Shown: piece by piece, positions 44,387 through 52,967 of the stretch
Layout: every line of letters begins with the position of its first letter
How positions within the stretch are numbered: the stretch's first letter is position 1
Virus record (IMG/VR): IMGVR_UViG_3300009130_000005
Location: 52,467-116,466 of that record
Source: a virus
Strand: one strand, 5' to 3'
Length of the DNA stretch: 64,000 nucleotides
The notes under the pieces: model-generated
Databases searched by the model: none
What the model was told of the DNA's origin: nothing
The model's input: only the letters and a program-made list of their open reading frames with translations
Made by a program: the position numbers and the translations under genes

Positions 44387-45793
44387 GGGTATCTCTTTGA
44401 TAACCAACGACTTAACCCCGAAAAAAAACAAACTTTTTTCGCAATTTCATCATTTTTTTCTTGCAATTAGCCCAAAACTAGTTTATCATGTAGGCATGAA
44501 TAAAATTGAAAAGATTGAAAAGCTCCAAAAGGACATTGCCTTTTGGCAAGACAAACTCAACCGCTCACGCAAGGAGTCTCTCCGCTCCATTCGTGCGGTA
44601 CATCTCAACCACGCACGAAACGAGTTGAAAAAACTTCAAGAAAGTGCTTGACTTTTTCGCAAAACTAGACTAGATTATATACCATGAACACTACTACTAA
44701 ACTAATCAATTCAAAGTGGGATGCAATCCATTCCGCTCAAACCACTATGGGCAATGTCCGAAACGACTTGTTTGATAATGTCGCCCTTGCCTTGTCTCGC
44801 ATCGAGGGAAAACTCGCATTTCTCAATTCAGATGATACGCTTGACGGCAAGCCAAGAGTGACTGAGGGTCATTCCCAAGAAGTTGCCAAGCAAGTTCAGC
44901 AAGAAGTTGCTGACACTCGCAAGGCATTGGACAAGATTTTTGTTCAACTAACCGATGGTAAGAACTCACTTTTTGACTCCTAAGATTATGCCTTACAAAA
45001 CACAATCAGAAATCCTTTACAAGTACCCCGATAGCGGTGACGAGTTCGTTACCCATGCAAGTGGTCGTCCCGACATACGAGAGGGTTATGGAATGACTGA
45101 AGATGATGCTTGCAGTCGTGAGTGGTTCGAGAAAGGTGGTCGCAACAAGGTTGTCATTCTCAAGTCTGAGCAGATTAGCCAAGACGAGTACAACCAATGG
45201 ATTGACCATTGCAACATCAAGTATGAACATATCTCTCGCAACCATCGCAATGGGGTAGAGTAAAAAAACCCTTGACATATTCGCCATATTACTACATACT
45301 CATATTATGATTACGATAAAAAGACACCCAAACCTAGACAACTGGATAAATGTTCTACGCTTCAACAAAGTTATGGAGCAAACCACTTCAAGAGTCAAAG
45401 CGTTGAAACTCGCAAAGACTTTTTCCAAAAAGTTCAACGAGCCAATGGTGGACGCTGACAAGGGAGAGATTCATTTGCGTCATGGGTAACCTACAAAAAC
45501 ATCTCGAAAAAAACAATCCTTTCGTGATTACATCCATTGACAGAAGGACAATTATTTTGCGTAAGGATTCGGAACATTACACACCAAAGAAAAACGACAG
45601 AATCTTGTCTATTGATTGCGTACTCGCAAACTCGGACAGGTTGAGAGAGATACAAGAAGGGATTTTTGAGTTGCTATGAGTTGGGATATTTTACTTTTCT
45701 TGCCGTGGGTTGCCGTGTTTTGGGTTATGTTTGTTGACCTGTTCAGCATGGACTCAGATTGGTAAGTTGTTGCGATTCAGTCACTTGCAGAAG

Positions 45794-45819
45794 TGGCACA
45801 GAAATCGCGGGCCGATTTT
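45794..45819 (+). repeat. Composite element copy 12 with sigma54-like box
   Basis: TGGCACAGAAATCGCGGGCCGATTTT. Confidence 0.9.
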
Positions 45820-46396
45820 CGGCATCCCCTTGATAGTCAATGAGTTAAGCCTGAAAAAAAGATAACTTTTTTCGTTTTTTTGTGTTTTAGGGGTTGACTT
45901 TCGGGGATTTTCTGTCATACTGCAATGTATGATAAACATTAGCATATTCGCCATCGTTTCCTTTTTCGCTTGGTCTGAGCAAGCCCAAACCTCCGAGGAG
46001 TTGCCATCCCTAGAGGCAAGCCCTTTCGCTTCTGATTTCGGCACAAGTGCCGAGCATAGAGCAAACATGGAGTGGCACGCTTCACACATCGCCAAACTAC
46101 AAGAAGAAAAAAAGTAAAAAAACTTCATTTAGTCCTTGACTTTTACGGATAATTCCATTATATTTTACATATGATTAAGATTGAAAAGAACGAAAACTTC
46201 AAGCAATTCCTTAACATCTTCGTTGGAGGTTTCCTTGTTGACCAAGTAAAAAGCCGAGCAGAAGCTCTCAAGATTGCAAACAAGCTTTGCAAGTCAAGAA
46301 ACGAAAAGGGATTTTCCTTTCTTGGTTTTCCAATGGAAAAGGGCGAAAAGTAAAAAAACCCTTGACAAAAACCCTTTTATCTGATTGAATACTATT

Positions 46397-46690
46397 ATGA
46401 CAGAATCACAAAGACTAGAACTAATTGCCAACATGGTAGCTAACGCAAAGCAACACAAGATTGCTCCCGAGTTTCAAGGACTCTTTGAGGAACTCAAAGC
46501 TGACAAACTTGCCGAGGATTTAGTCCTTGAGCATGGAACTCAGCACGCCTCCAAGGAGGACATTGAGGACGAGTTCGTTTCTCTCGATGCGGTTGAGTCC
46601 GAAAAGGACGAGGACGACTTCGATAACGACGAGAACCTCGTTGACATGGTCACCATCAGCGGTGAGATGGCAGAGATTTTCAACTCCTAA
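46397..46690 (+). CDS. Acidic small protein, paralog B
   Basis: MTESQRLELIAN...LAEDLVLEHGTQHASKEDIE. Confidence 0.8.
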   Translation: MTESQRLELIANMVANAKQHKIAPEFQGLFEELKADKLAEDLVLEHGTQHASKEDIEDEFVSLDAVESEKDEDDFDNDENLVDMVTISGEMAEIFNS

Positions 46691-46702
46691 CACTAACACA
46701 CT

Positions 46703-46879
46703 ATGACAAAACAACACTTCACCGCAGTAGCGGAAACTCTCAACCTCTCTTTTCGTAATGCTCCGAGCGAGCAAGCCGAAAACATCTTAACAACGCTTGC
46801 CTGCAACTTGGCAGACCAATTCGAGGCAGTAAACCCTCGATTCAATCGGTCAAAGTTTTTGGCGGTTGCGTTAGCCTAG
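46703..46879 (+). CDS. Conserved small phage protein (not in ORF track)
   Basis: MTKQHF..VA...LADQFEAVNPRFNRSKF. Confidence 0.65.
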   Translation: MTKQHFTAVAETLNLSFRNAPSEQAENILTTLACNLADQFEAVNPRFNRSKFLAVALA

Positions 46880-47009
46880 AAACACCCCCCCGTTTTTCTC
46901 AAAAAACCCGAGGCGAAGGGCGGGGAAATCGGGCGGGGGTGGTATTTTTCAATATAGAATTGAATTTTGTAATTTATAATAATTGCTTGAACGAAAAAAA
47001 AATCGGACC

Positions 47010-47396
47010 TTACTCGATTTTAAGTAATTTCCTTTTTTTTGCTTTCTTTGGCACGGTAACAGTTAATATACCATCTTGAACCTTAGCAGATGCAGAGTCA
47101 GGGTCAACATCACTATATACCGCGAATTCTCTTTTAATCTCTGAATTCATTCTATCGTTAATCTTTTTTGATCCTTCTATAATTACTCTATCATTTAGTA
47201 CTTCAACTTTGATATCTTTCTTGCTCAATCCAGGAACAGTAGCAGTAATTACATACTCCCCATCTTTTTCCTCTACATCTGTCTTAAACTTATAGGAACT
47301 CATTGCGGAATCCACAATTGAATTAGAGTCAAGATTAAAAAAATCGGACAGCAAGGAGCTTCCGAAACCATAATAATTGTTAAGTGAATTTTTCAT
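47010..47396 (-). CDS. Small heat-shock protein (Hsp20/alpha-crystallin)
   Basis: TDVEE...YVITATVPGLSKKDIKV and AKVQDGILTVTVPK motifs. Confidence 0.93.
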   Translation of the reverse strand: MKNSLNNYYGFGSSLLSDFFNLDSNSIVDSAMSSYKFKTDVEEKDGEYVITATVPGLSKKDIKVEVLNDRVIIEGSKKINDRMNSEIKREFAVYSDVDPDSASAKVQDGILTVTVPKKAKKRKLLKIE

Positions 47397-47407
47397 ATAT
47401 TCATATT

Positions 47408-47424
47408 TGCAATATACGTGCCAA
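47408..47424 (-). promoter_or_regulatory. Sigma54 (RpoN) -24/-12 promoter of hsp20
   Basis: Reverse complement reads TTGGCACGTATATTGCA, a perfect consensus; predicted +1 falls at about the ATG. Confidence 0.85.
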
Positions 47425-47547
47425 TTTAAATTGGCTTAAAATAGACAAGATTTAATAATATTTGCGCCAAACCGTCACAGTGTAGAGACACATTGCGACG
47501 CAGCAAATTAAACCTAGATAAAAAAGCTTCAATTATTATTATAAACA

Positions 47548-48651
47548 ATGAATTTAGCATTTATAGGAATAGGCAAATTGGGAATATGCATATCTGCATT
47601 ATTTTCTAAAAATGGATACCTCATATCTGCTTACGATAAATCTGTAAATTCTTCATCTGATCTGCTCTCTGACTCAAGATTAAGAGAACCAGGATTAAAT
47701 ATAATTAAAAATAATATTAAAAAATTTAAAATTAAAAAAAGCTTAGGCTCTGCGATAGGTTCCGCCGAAACAGTTTTTGTTTGCATAAACACTCCGTCAT
47801 TAAGCTGCGGAAAATATGACACAAGCGGTTTATTTGAAATTTGCCAAAAAATAAAAGAAAAAAATATAAAAAACAAGACACTGGTGATTGTTTGTACGAC
47901 GAATCCAGGAGATTGTGAGAAAATGCAAGATATACTGCGAGAAAATATGATCAACGTTGTATATACTCCCGAATTTATTGCGCAGGGCTCAATCATCGAG
48001 GATTTATCTAACCCAGATATGGCTATATATGGCGGAGAAGAGGATGCCTGTAGGAAAATTGCAGAAATTTACAGAAAAACTTTCAATAAAAAAGTTACAG
48101 AGTTTTATATGTCTCACACTTCTGCAGAGATAGCAAAAATTGCAATTAATTCCTTTCTGACTATAAAAATTTCTTTTGCCAATTCAATCGGGCAAATCAT
48201 GCATAAATCTGATCAAACCCAAGAGATAAAAAAAGTTCTTACCGCAATAGGTTCGGATTCTAGGATTGGGCAAAAGTTTCTTAATTTTGGTTTTGGTTTT
48301 GGAGGGCCTTGCTTGCCTAGAGATAATGTCGCATTATACGAGCACGCTAAAAGCAAAGGGGTTAACTTTAATTTAGGTATTGCCGCGGATGAGCTAAATA
48401 AGATTCATGAAGATTTTTTGGTAGAAATGCTTGTTAGTCAAAACAAAAAAAATCTGCCATTTTATTTTCAGACAATTTTTTACAAAAAAGGAACTAAAAT
48501 ATCTTCGCCCAGCCAGAGGAAAAATATATGCGTTCAGCTTCTGGATAAAGGTTATGACGTTATTGTGAAGGAGTGGACTGATGATCCTGAGATTACCAAT
48601 AGAGTTGCTTTTGGTGTTCCGACTATGGAGGTATTTAATGTTGCGTTCTGA
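47548..48651 (+). CDS. UDP-glucose/GDP-mannose 6-dehydrogenase family protein
   Basis: GIGKLG, CINTP, PEFIAQG, AEIAKIAIN and GFGGPCLPRD motifs. Confidence 0.9.
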   Translation: MNLAFIGIGKLGICISALFSKNGYLISAYDKSVNSSSDLLSDSRLREPGLNIIKNNIKKFKIKKSLGSAIGSAETVFVCINTPSLSCGKYDTSGLFEICQKIKEKNIKNKTLVIVCTTNPGDCEKMQDILRENMINVVYTPEFIAQGSIIEDLSNPDMAIYGGEEDACRKIAEIYRKTFNKKVTEFYMSHTSAEIAKIAINSFLTIKISFANSIGQIMHKSDQTQEIKKVLTAIGSDSRIGQKFLNFGFGFGGPCLPRDNVALYEHAKSKGVNFNLGIAADELNKIHEDFLVEMLVSQNKKNLPFYFQTIFYKKGTKISSPSQRKNICVQLLDKGYDVIVKEWTDDPEITNRVAFGVPTMEVFNVAF

Positions 48652-49477
48652 TATAATTTATTACTATATAGGAGAGCTTGGAACTTTAAACATAAGCTTT
48701 CTCGGTTATCTCGATCAAGAATTTAAGAAATTTCCAGAAAAAAAAATAAAAATAATAACTTACTCGGGATTTGGAGAGCTGCTGGAATTTATCTTCAGCA
48801 AGAATATCGAAGCAATATGCCCACCTGCTTTGGAAGAGTATAAAGCTCACGCGTTCAAACATAAGCTAAATATAAATGAGTCTCGAATACCCGAATTGGC
48901 TGGCGCTATAAACCTATATGAGGCCTTCTCTGATGAAATCAAATTGACTGACAACTTTAAGCGTGTTGTTAATCGGTATCCTCCCAGAATAAGTTCACCT
49001 TTATCTGGATCAGGCTTAGATAATGGAAACATAATTAATATTCAGTCAAGGGTCGGAAAAAAAGTAGGTGCAGACAGAAATATTAAAAAAAACATGCTCT
49101 TTGAGATAGTTAATTTATGCCTACAGGAGTCAAGTGCTCAAGTTGTTGTTCATGGGTTATGCGACAAGAGGATTCGTAGAATTGATCCTAATAGAGTTTC
49201 TTTTTGCACTAGTTTGGTCGATGGAATATCTTATATGCATAAGTCAAAACTTACAATATGCGCACATTCTGGATTTACTGCTTTTGCTTTAAATTGCGCA
49301 AGCAATGTTGCAGTTTTAATTCCAGGAGAATTTCCAAAGTCTAGCAGGGACGTAATCCTCTCTAATGTATTTCAGACTTACACCGAGACAATTTATTATA
49401 AAAAAAAGACACAAGCTTTTGATAGAGAAAAACTAAAAATCACAATTTCTAGAGCGTTTAATGAAAATTCACTGTGA
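48638..49477 (+). CDS. Putative GT-B glycosyltransferase (GT9-like)
   Basis: GELG near the N-terminus; SKLTICAHSG..AFA; operon context. Confidence 0.45.
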   Translation: MLRSDIIYYYIGELGTLNISFLGYLDQEFKKFPEKKIKIITYSGFGELLEFIFSKNIEAICPPALEEYKAHAFKHKLNINESRIPELAGAINLYEAFSDEIKLTDNFKRVVNRYPPRISSPLSGSGLDNGNIINIQSRVGKKVGADRNIKKNMLFEIVNLCLQESSAQVVVHGLCDKRIRRIDPNRVSFCTSLVDGISYMHKSKLTICAHSGFTAFALNCASNVAVLIPGEFPKSSRDVILSNVFQTYTETIYYKKKTQAFDREKLKITISRAFNENSL

Positions 49478-49841
49478 AATATCAATCGGGGAGCTTTTTG
49501 ATAAAGTTTCAATTTTAAACGTTAAGTCAAAAATGATTAATGATAATAGATTAAAAGATGTAAAACTTGAACAGCAACTTTTAGCCATTAAGATGGATAG
49601 TATTAATTGTGCTGAGAAAGAATTTTTCTTGCAAAAGTTGAATCATATACATGAGAAAATGTGGAGAATAAATGATTTAAAAAGAGAAAAGGCTATGAGG
49701 GGCGAGCTTGACGAAGAATTTATTAAAATTTCAGTAGAAGAGGATGTCTACAATGATCAGAGGTTTGAAATTAAAAGAGAGATTAATGAGTTTTATAAAT
49801 CTGAAATATTTGAACAAAAGGGTTATGATAAATACAAATGA
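49461..49841 (+). CDS. DUF6165-like protein
   Basis: ISIGELFDKVSIL and NDQRFEIKREIN motifs. Confidence 0.75.
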   Translation: MKIHCEISIGELFDKVSILNVKSKMINDNRLKDVKLEQQLLAIKMDSINCAEKEFFLQKLNHIHEKMWRINDLKREKAMRGELDEEFIKISVEEDVYNDQRFEIKREINEFYKSEIFEQKGYDKYK

Positions 49842-50785
49842 AAAAAGTAATAGTCACTACCACAATTAACCCACCTTCTAAGGCGCTAATGGCATTTGCA
49901 AAGATGCCCGATTGGAAGATGATTGTTGTTGGAGATAAAAAAACCCCTCATGATGCTTATAGGGCTATTGAAGATATAATATATCTTGACCCAGATGCTC
50001 AGCAGACAAAGTATCCAAGCTTAAGCTCTATGCTTGGCTGGAACACTATACAGAGAAGAAATATTGGATTCATTGAAGCCTACAGAATGGGTTGTGAAAT
50101 TATGGCGACAGTTGATGACGATAACTACCCATACGAAGATTGGGGGAAGAACTTGATTGTTGGCAAAACTTTGGATATTGATTTTTTTAAAACAGAGAAT
50201 ATTTCGTTTGACCCATTTTCCGTAACCAATAACTCTCATCTGTGGCACAGGGGATTTCCTGTAGAATTAATAAAATTAAGAAAAAACAACAAATATTGCG
50301 GAAAGAAAAAAATTAAAATTTTAGTACAATCCGACTTAGAAGATGGGGATCCAGATGTTGATGCTATATGTAGAATCTATGAATCAAGACCTATAGTTAA
50401 ATTTAATAATATAGAGCCTTTTTCTTCTGACAAGATTGCGCCTTTCAATAGTCAGAACACATTTTTGCACAGAGAGTGCATACCTTATTATTCAATGATA
50501 CATCTTGAGGAAAAGTATGACAGCAGAATGGACGACATCTGGGGAAGCTTTTTGCTCCAACATTTTTTATCTGAAAAAATGCCCTTCGTTGCATTTACGA
50601 AACCATCTGTATATCAAGATAGAAATGATCATAATTTTGTTACGGACATGGAAAGGGAGATTACTGGGTACAGGCTGAATAGTAAACTATTAAGCGATAT
50701 AAGCAATTATAAAAAAATAATTCCACGCGAATCAATTCGCTGTATTGACGAATATGAAAGATCATTTAGGGCCAATAAGATTTAA
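49838..50785 (+). CDS. STELLO/DUF288-like glycosyltransferase (GT-A, RGP-related)
   Basis: TTIN.P, IVVGDKKTP, RRNIG, DDDN, FNSQNT and RMDDIW motifs. Confidence 0.8.
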   Translation: MKKVIVTTTINPPSKALMAFAKMPDWKMIVVGDKKTPHDAYRAIEDIIYLDPDAQQTKYPSLSSMLGWNTIQRRNIGFIEAYRMGCEIMATVDDDNYPYEDWGKNLIVGKTLDIDFFKTENISFDPFSVTNNSHLWHRGFPVELIKLRKNNKYCGKKKIKILVQSDLEDGDPDVDAICRIYESRPIVKFNNIEPFSSDKIAPFNSQNTFLHRECIPYYSMIHLEEKYDSRMDDIWGSFLLQHFLSEKMPFVAFTKPSVYQDRNDHNFVTDMEREITGYRLNSKLLSDISNYKKIIPRESIRCIDEYERSFRANKI

Positions 50786-51374
50786 GGTAGATCTTTATGA
50801 GTATGTTTACTTTAGTAACCCAAAGGTATGCTCTACAACAATCCTTTGCGCAATGAAAGAGGCGGGGCATATATCTGGCAGTCAGATACACGGCAAGCAC
50901 GCCGAGAAGGCTTATGCCTTCTTGCCTCAAGACGAATGCTCTAGTTATTTTAAATTCGGCTTCGTCAGAAATCCTTGGGGAAGAGTCGCTTCTCTTTTTT
51001 TAGATAAAAAAACCTTAAAGAGGCGTCAGGATGAGTACGGAAACTTTTTAAGAAAAATTCCAAGGAAGAATTTTGATGCTTTTTTGAAATATATTGAAAA
51101 CATTGATTTAGTGAGCGCAGATTGGCACCTGAGGCCTCAACTGATTAATTTAAATAACTTAAAAGGTCTAAATTTTGTAGGAAGGTTTGAGAATTTTACT
51201 AAAGACTGCAGTTTTATTGGCGAGCGAATAGGAATATGCCCAAGCTTGTTTAAATGGAAAAATAAATCCAAACAAGGATCGTATGACTATAGAGACTTGT
51301 ACTCGCAAAAGCAAAAAGAGATTGTAGCAAAATTATACAAGGAGGATATTGAGGTATTTGATTATGAATTCTAG
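50754..51374 (+). CDS. Sulfotransferase family 2
   Basis: NPKVCSTT, FVRNPWGRVAS, HLRPQ and FVGRFEN motifs. Confidence 0.9.
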   Translation: MKDHLGPIRFKVDLYEYVYFSNPKVCSTTILCAMKEAGHISGSQIHGKHAEKAYAFLPQDECSSYFKFGFVRNPWGRVASLFLDKKTLKRRQDEYGNFLRKIPRKNFDAFLKYIENIDLVSADWHLRPQLINLNNLKGLNFVGRFENFTKDCSFIGERIGICPSLFKWKNKSKQGSYDYRDLYSQKQKEIVAKLYKEDIEVFDYEF

Positions 51375-52002
51375 AGAAGTTAAAATTTTAAAAAATAATT
51401 GCCACTATAGGATCGGAGACTTGGTACTTAGGGACGGACTTAGGTGGAAAAAAGATAGGCGTGCGATTATGTCAGATAGTATTTATAAAAAATCAATACT
51501 TGGCGAATACTTATCTAAGCTAAAGGGCAAAGCAAACTTTAAGCTATTAGCTAAAATTTGCGAAAGTAGACGTTCAGGGGGTGTTCCTGATAATCAATTA
51601 CTTATTCATATAAGGGCTGGAGATATAGCCTTAGAGCCTAAAAGGCATGAATCTTGTTTTATGTTTAATCTTGAAAAACTTATTGAATCTATAGAGAAGA
51701 AAACAACAAAAGAAATTAAAAAAATTAAAATTATCACCGCCTTGCATTACGGTTCAAATGAAGATAATGGGGCCTATTTTTTTTCCAATAAAAGCTACAA
51801 AAGAAATATCGAGACGCTTGATTCTATTGTTAGTCTGATTCAGTCAAAACTTAAAATCTCAGCAGGAATTGATGAAGCAGGCTTAGAGGGGGTTGAGTTA
51901 ATAGATGATCATTTTTTGAAATTAACTGGTGCCAAGAATGTATTGATAGACCATGGAAGCTTCGGGAAAGTAGTAAAGCAAGTAAGGAAGGTGGCAAGAT
52001 GA
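51364..52002 (+). CDS. Putative fucosyltransferase-like protein
   Basis: LIHIRAGD and GSFG motifs; operon context. Confidence 0.45.
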   Translation: MNSREVKILKNNCHYRIGDLVLRDGLRWKKDRRAIMSDSIYKKSILGEYLSKLKGKANFKLLAKICESRRSGGVPDNQLLIHIRAGDIALEPKRHESCFMFNLEKLIESIEKKTTKEIKKIKIITALHYGSNEDNGAYFFSNKSYKRNIETLDSIVSLIQSKLKISAGIDEAGLEGVELIDDHFLKLTGAKNVLIDHGSFGKVVKQVRKVAR

Positions 52003-52967
52003 AGATTTTAGTTTCGGGAGCAGGAGGCTTTATCGGCGGTTTTTTAGTAAAATCTTTAATTGATTGCGGTCACGAGGTTATTGCTGTAGATATTAAAAAT
52101 AAATCAAACTGGCTTCAGATTTTTAACGCCGCAAAAAATATTCAGGCAGATATGCGTTTAAGAGAAAACTGGATAAAAGCGTCAAAAAATATAGATCGCA
52201 TATATAACCTTGCGTGCAATATGGGGGGAATGGGTTTTATTCAGAATAACCACGCCTTATGTATGGAGAGTGTTTTAACTCAGGCTCATGCATTAATTGC
52301 CGCTAGGGAGAATGGCGTTAGAGAAATTCTTTATAGCTCTTCGGCTTGTGTGTATCCTATTGGACTTCAAGATGTTGTGAAAGATAGTTTAGATCAAGGC
52401 CTTAAAGAATCAGATGCAATTCCAGCGAACCCTGAAGATGGTTATGGTTGGGAGAAACTATTCAGTGAGATTATGACAGGGTATTTCTCTCGAGACTTTG
52501 GAATTAATTCAAGAATATGCAGATATCATAATGTCTATGGCCCGTTTGGGACATGGAAAGGGGGAAGGGAGAAGGCTCCCGCAGCAATTTGCCGAAAAGT
52601 TATAGAAGCAAAAATAAACGGGGGCAATGAAATCAAAATTTGGGGAGACGGCGAACAAACAAGATCGTTCATGTATATAGATGACTGTATAACTGGAATG
52701 GATTTAATTTGGTCAAAGGGTGATTCTGAACCCTTAAATCTCGGTAGCAACGAAATGGTTTCTATCAATCAGTTGGTTGATATAGTTGAAGATATTGCTC
52801 AAGTTAAGTTAAAGAGAATTTATAATACAGATGCTCCTGTAGGCGTTAGAGGTAGAAATAGTAACAACGATTTAATTAAGGCTAAAATAGGATGGAGTCC
52901 TTCTATTAAACTAGAAGAGGGCATAGAAAAGACATATAAATGGATATATGAACAATTCCCAAAATAA
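51999..52967 (+). CDS. NAD-dependent epimerase, GDP-mannose 3,5-epimerase-like
   Basis: GAGGFIG, NMGGMGFI, SSSACVYP, YGWEK and GGREKAPAA.CRK motifs. Confidence 0.9.
   Translation: MKILVSGAGGFIGGFLVKSLIDCGHEVIAVDIKNKSNWLQIFNAAKNIQADMRLRENWIKASKNIDRIYNLACNMGGMGFIQNNHALCMESVLTQAHALIAARENGVREILYSSSACVYPIGLQDVVKDSLDQGLKESDAIPANPEDGYGWEKLFSEIMTGYFSRDFGINSRICRYHNVYGPFGTWKGGREKAPAAICRKVIEAKINGGNEIKIWGDGEQTRSFMYIDDCITGMDLIWSKGDSEPLNLGSNEMVSINQLVDIVEDIAQVKLKRIYNTDAPVGVRGRNSNNDLIKAKIGWSPSIKLEEGIEKTYKWIYEQFPK

Larger units (their letters stand above)
43298..46353 (+). other. Cluster of about 14 small hypothetical CDSs, most with their own sigma70 promoter
   Basis: Promoters at about 43263, 43543, 43764, 43935, 44648, 45272, 45894 and 46136. 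Confidence 0.7.

Noticed and set aside
28531-45819. Repeat array as a CRISPR array
   Set aside because: Spacing is 0.3-3.8 kb with genes in between, orientation is mixed, and no cas genes are present.
28531-45819. Core palindromes as plain Rho-independent terminators
   Set aside because: The stem has only two G-C pairs, the loop sequence is conserved and polar, and copy 3 already has a canonical terminator upstream (35353). A minor terminator role is not excluded.
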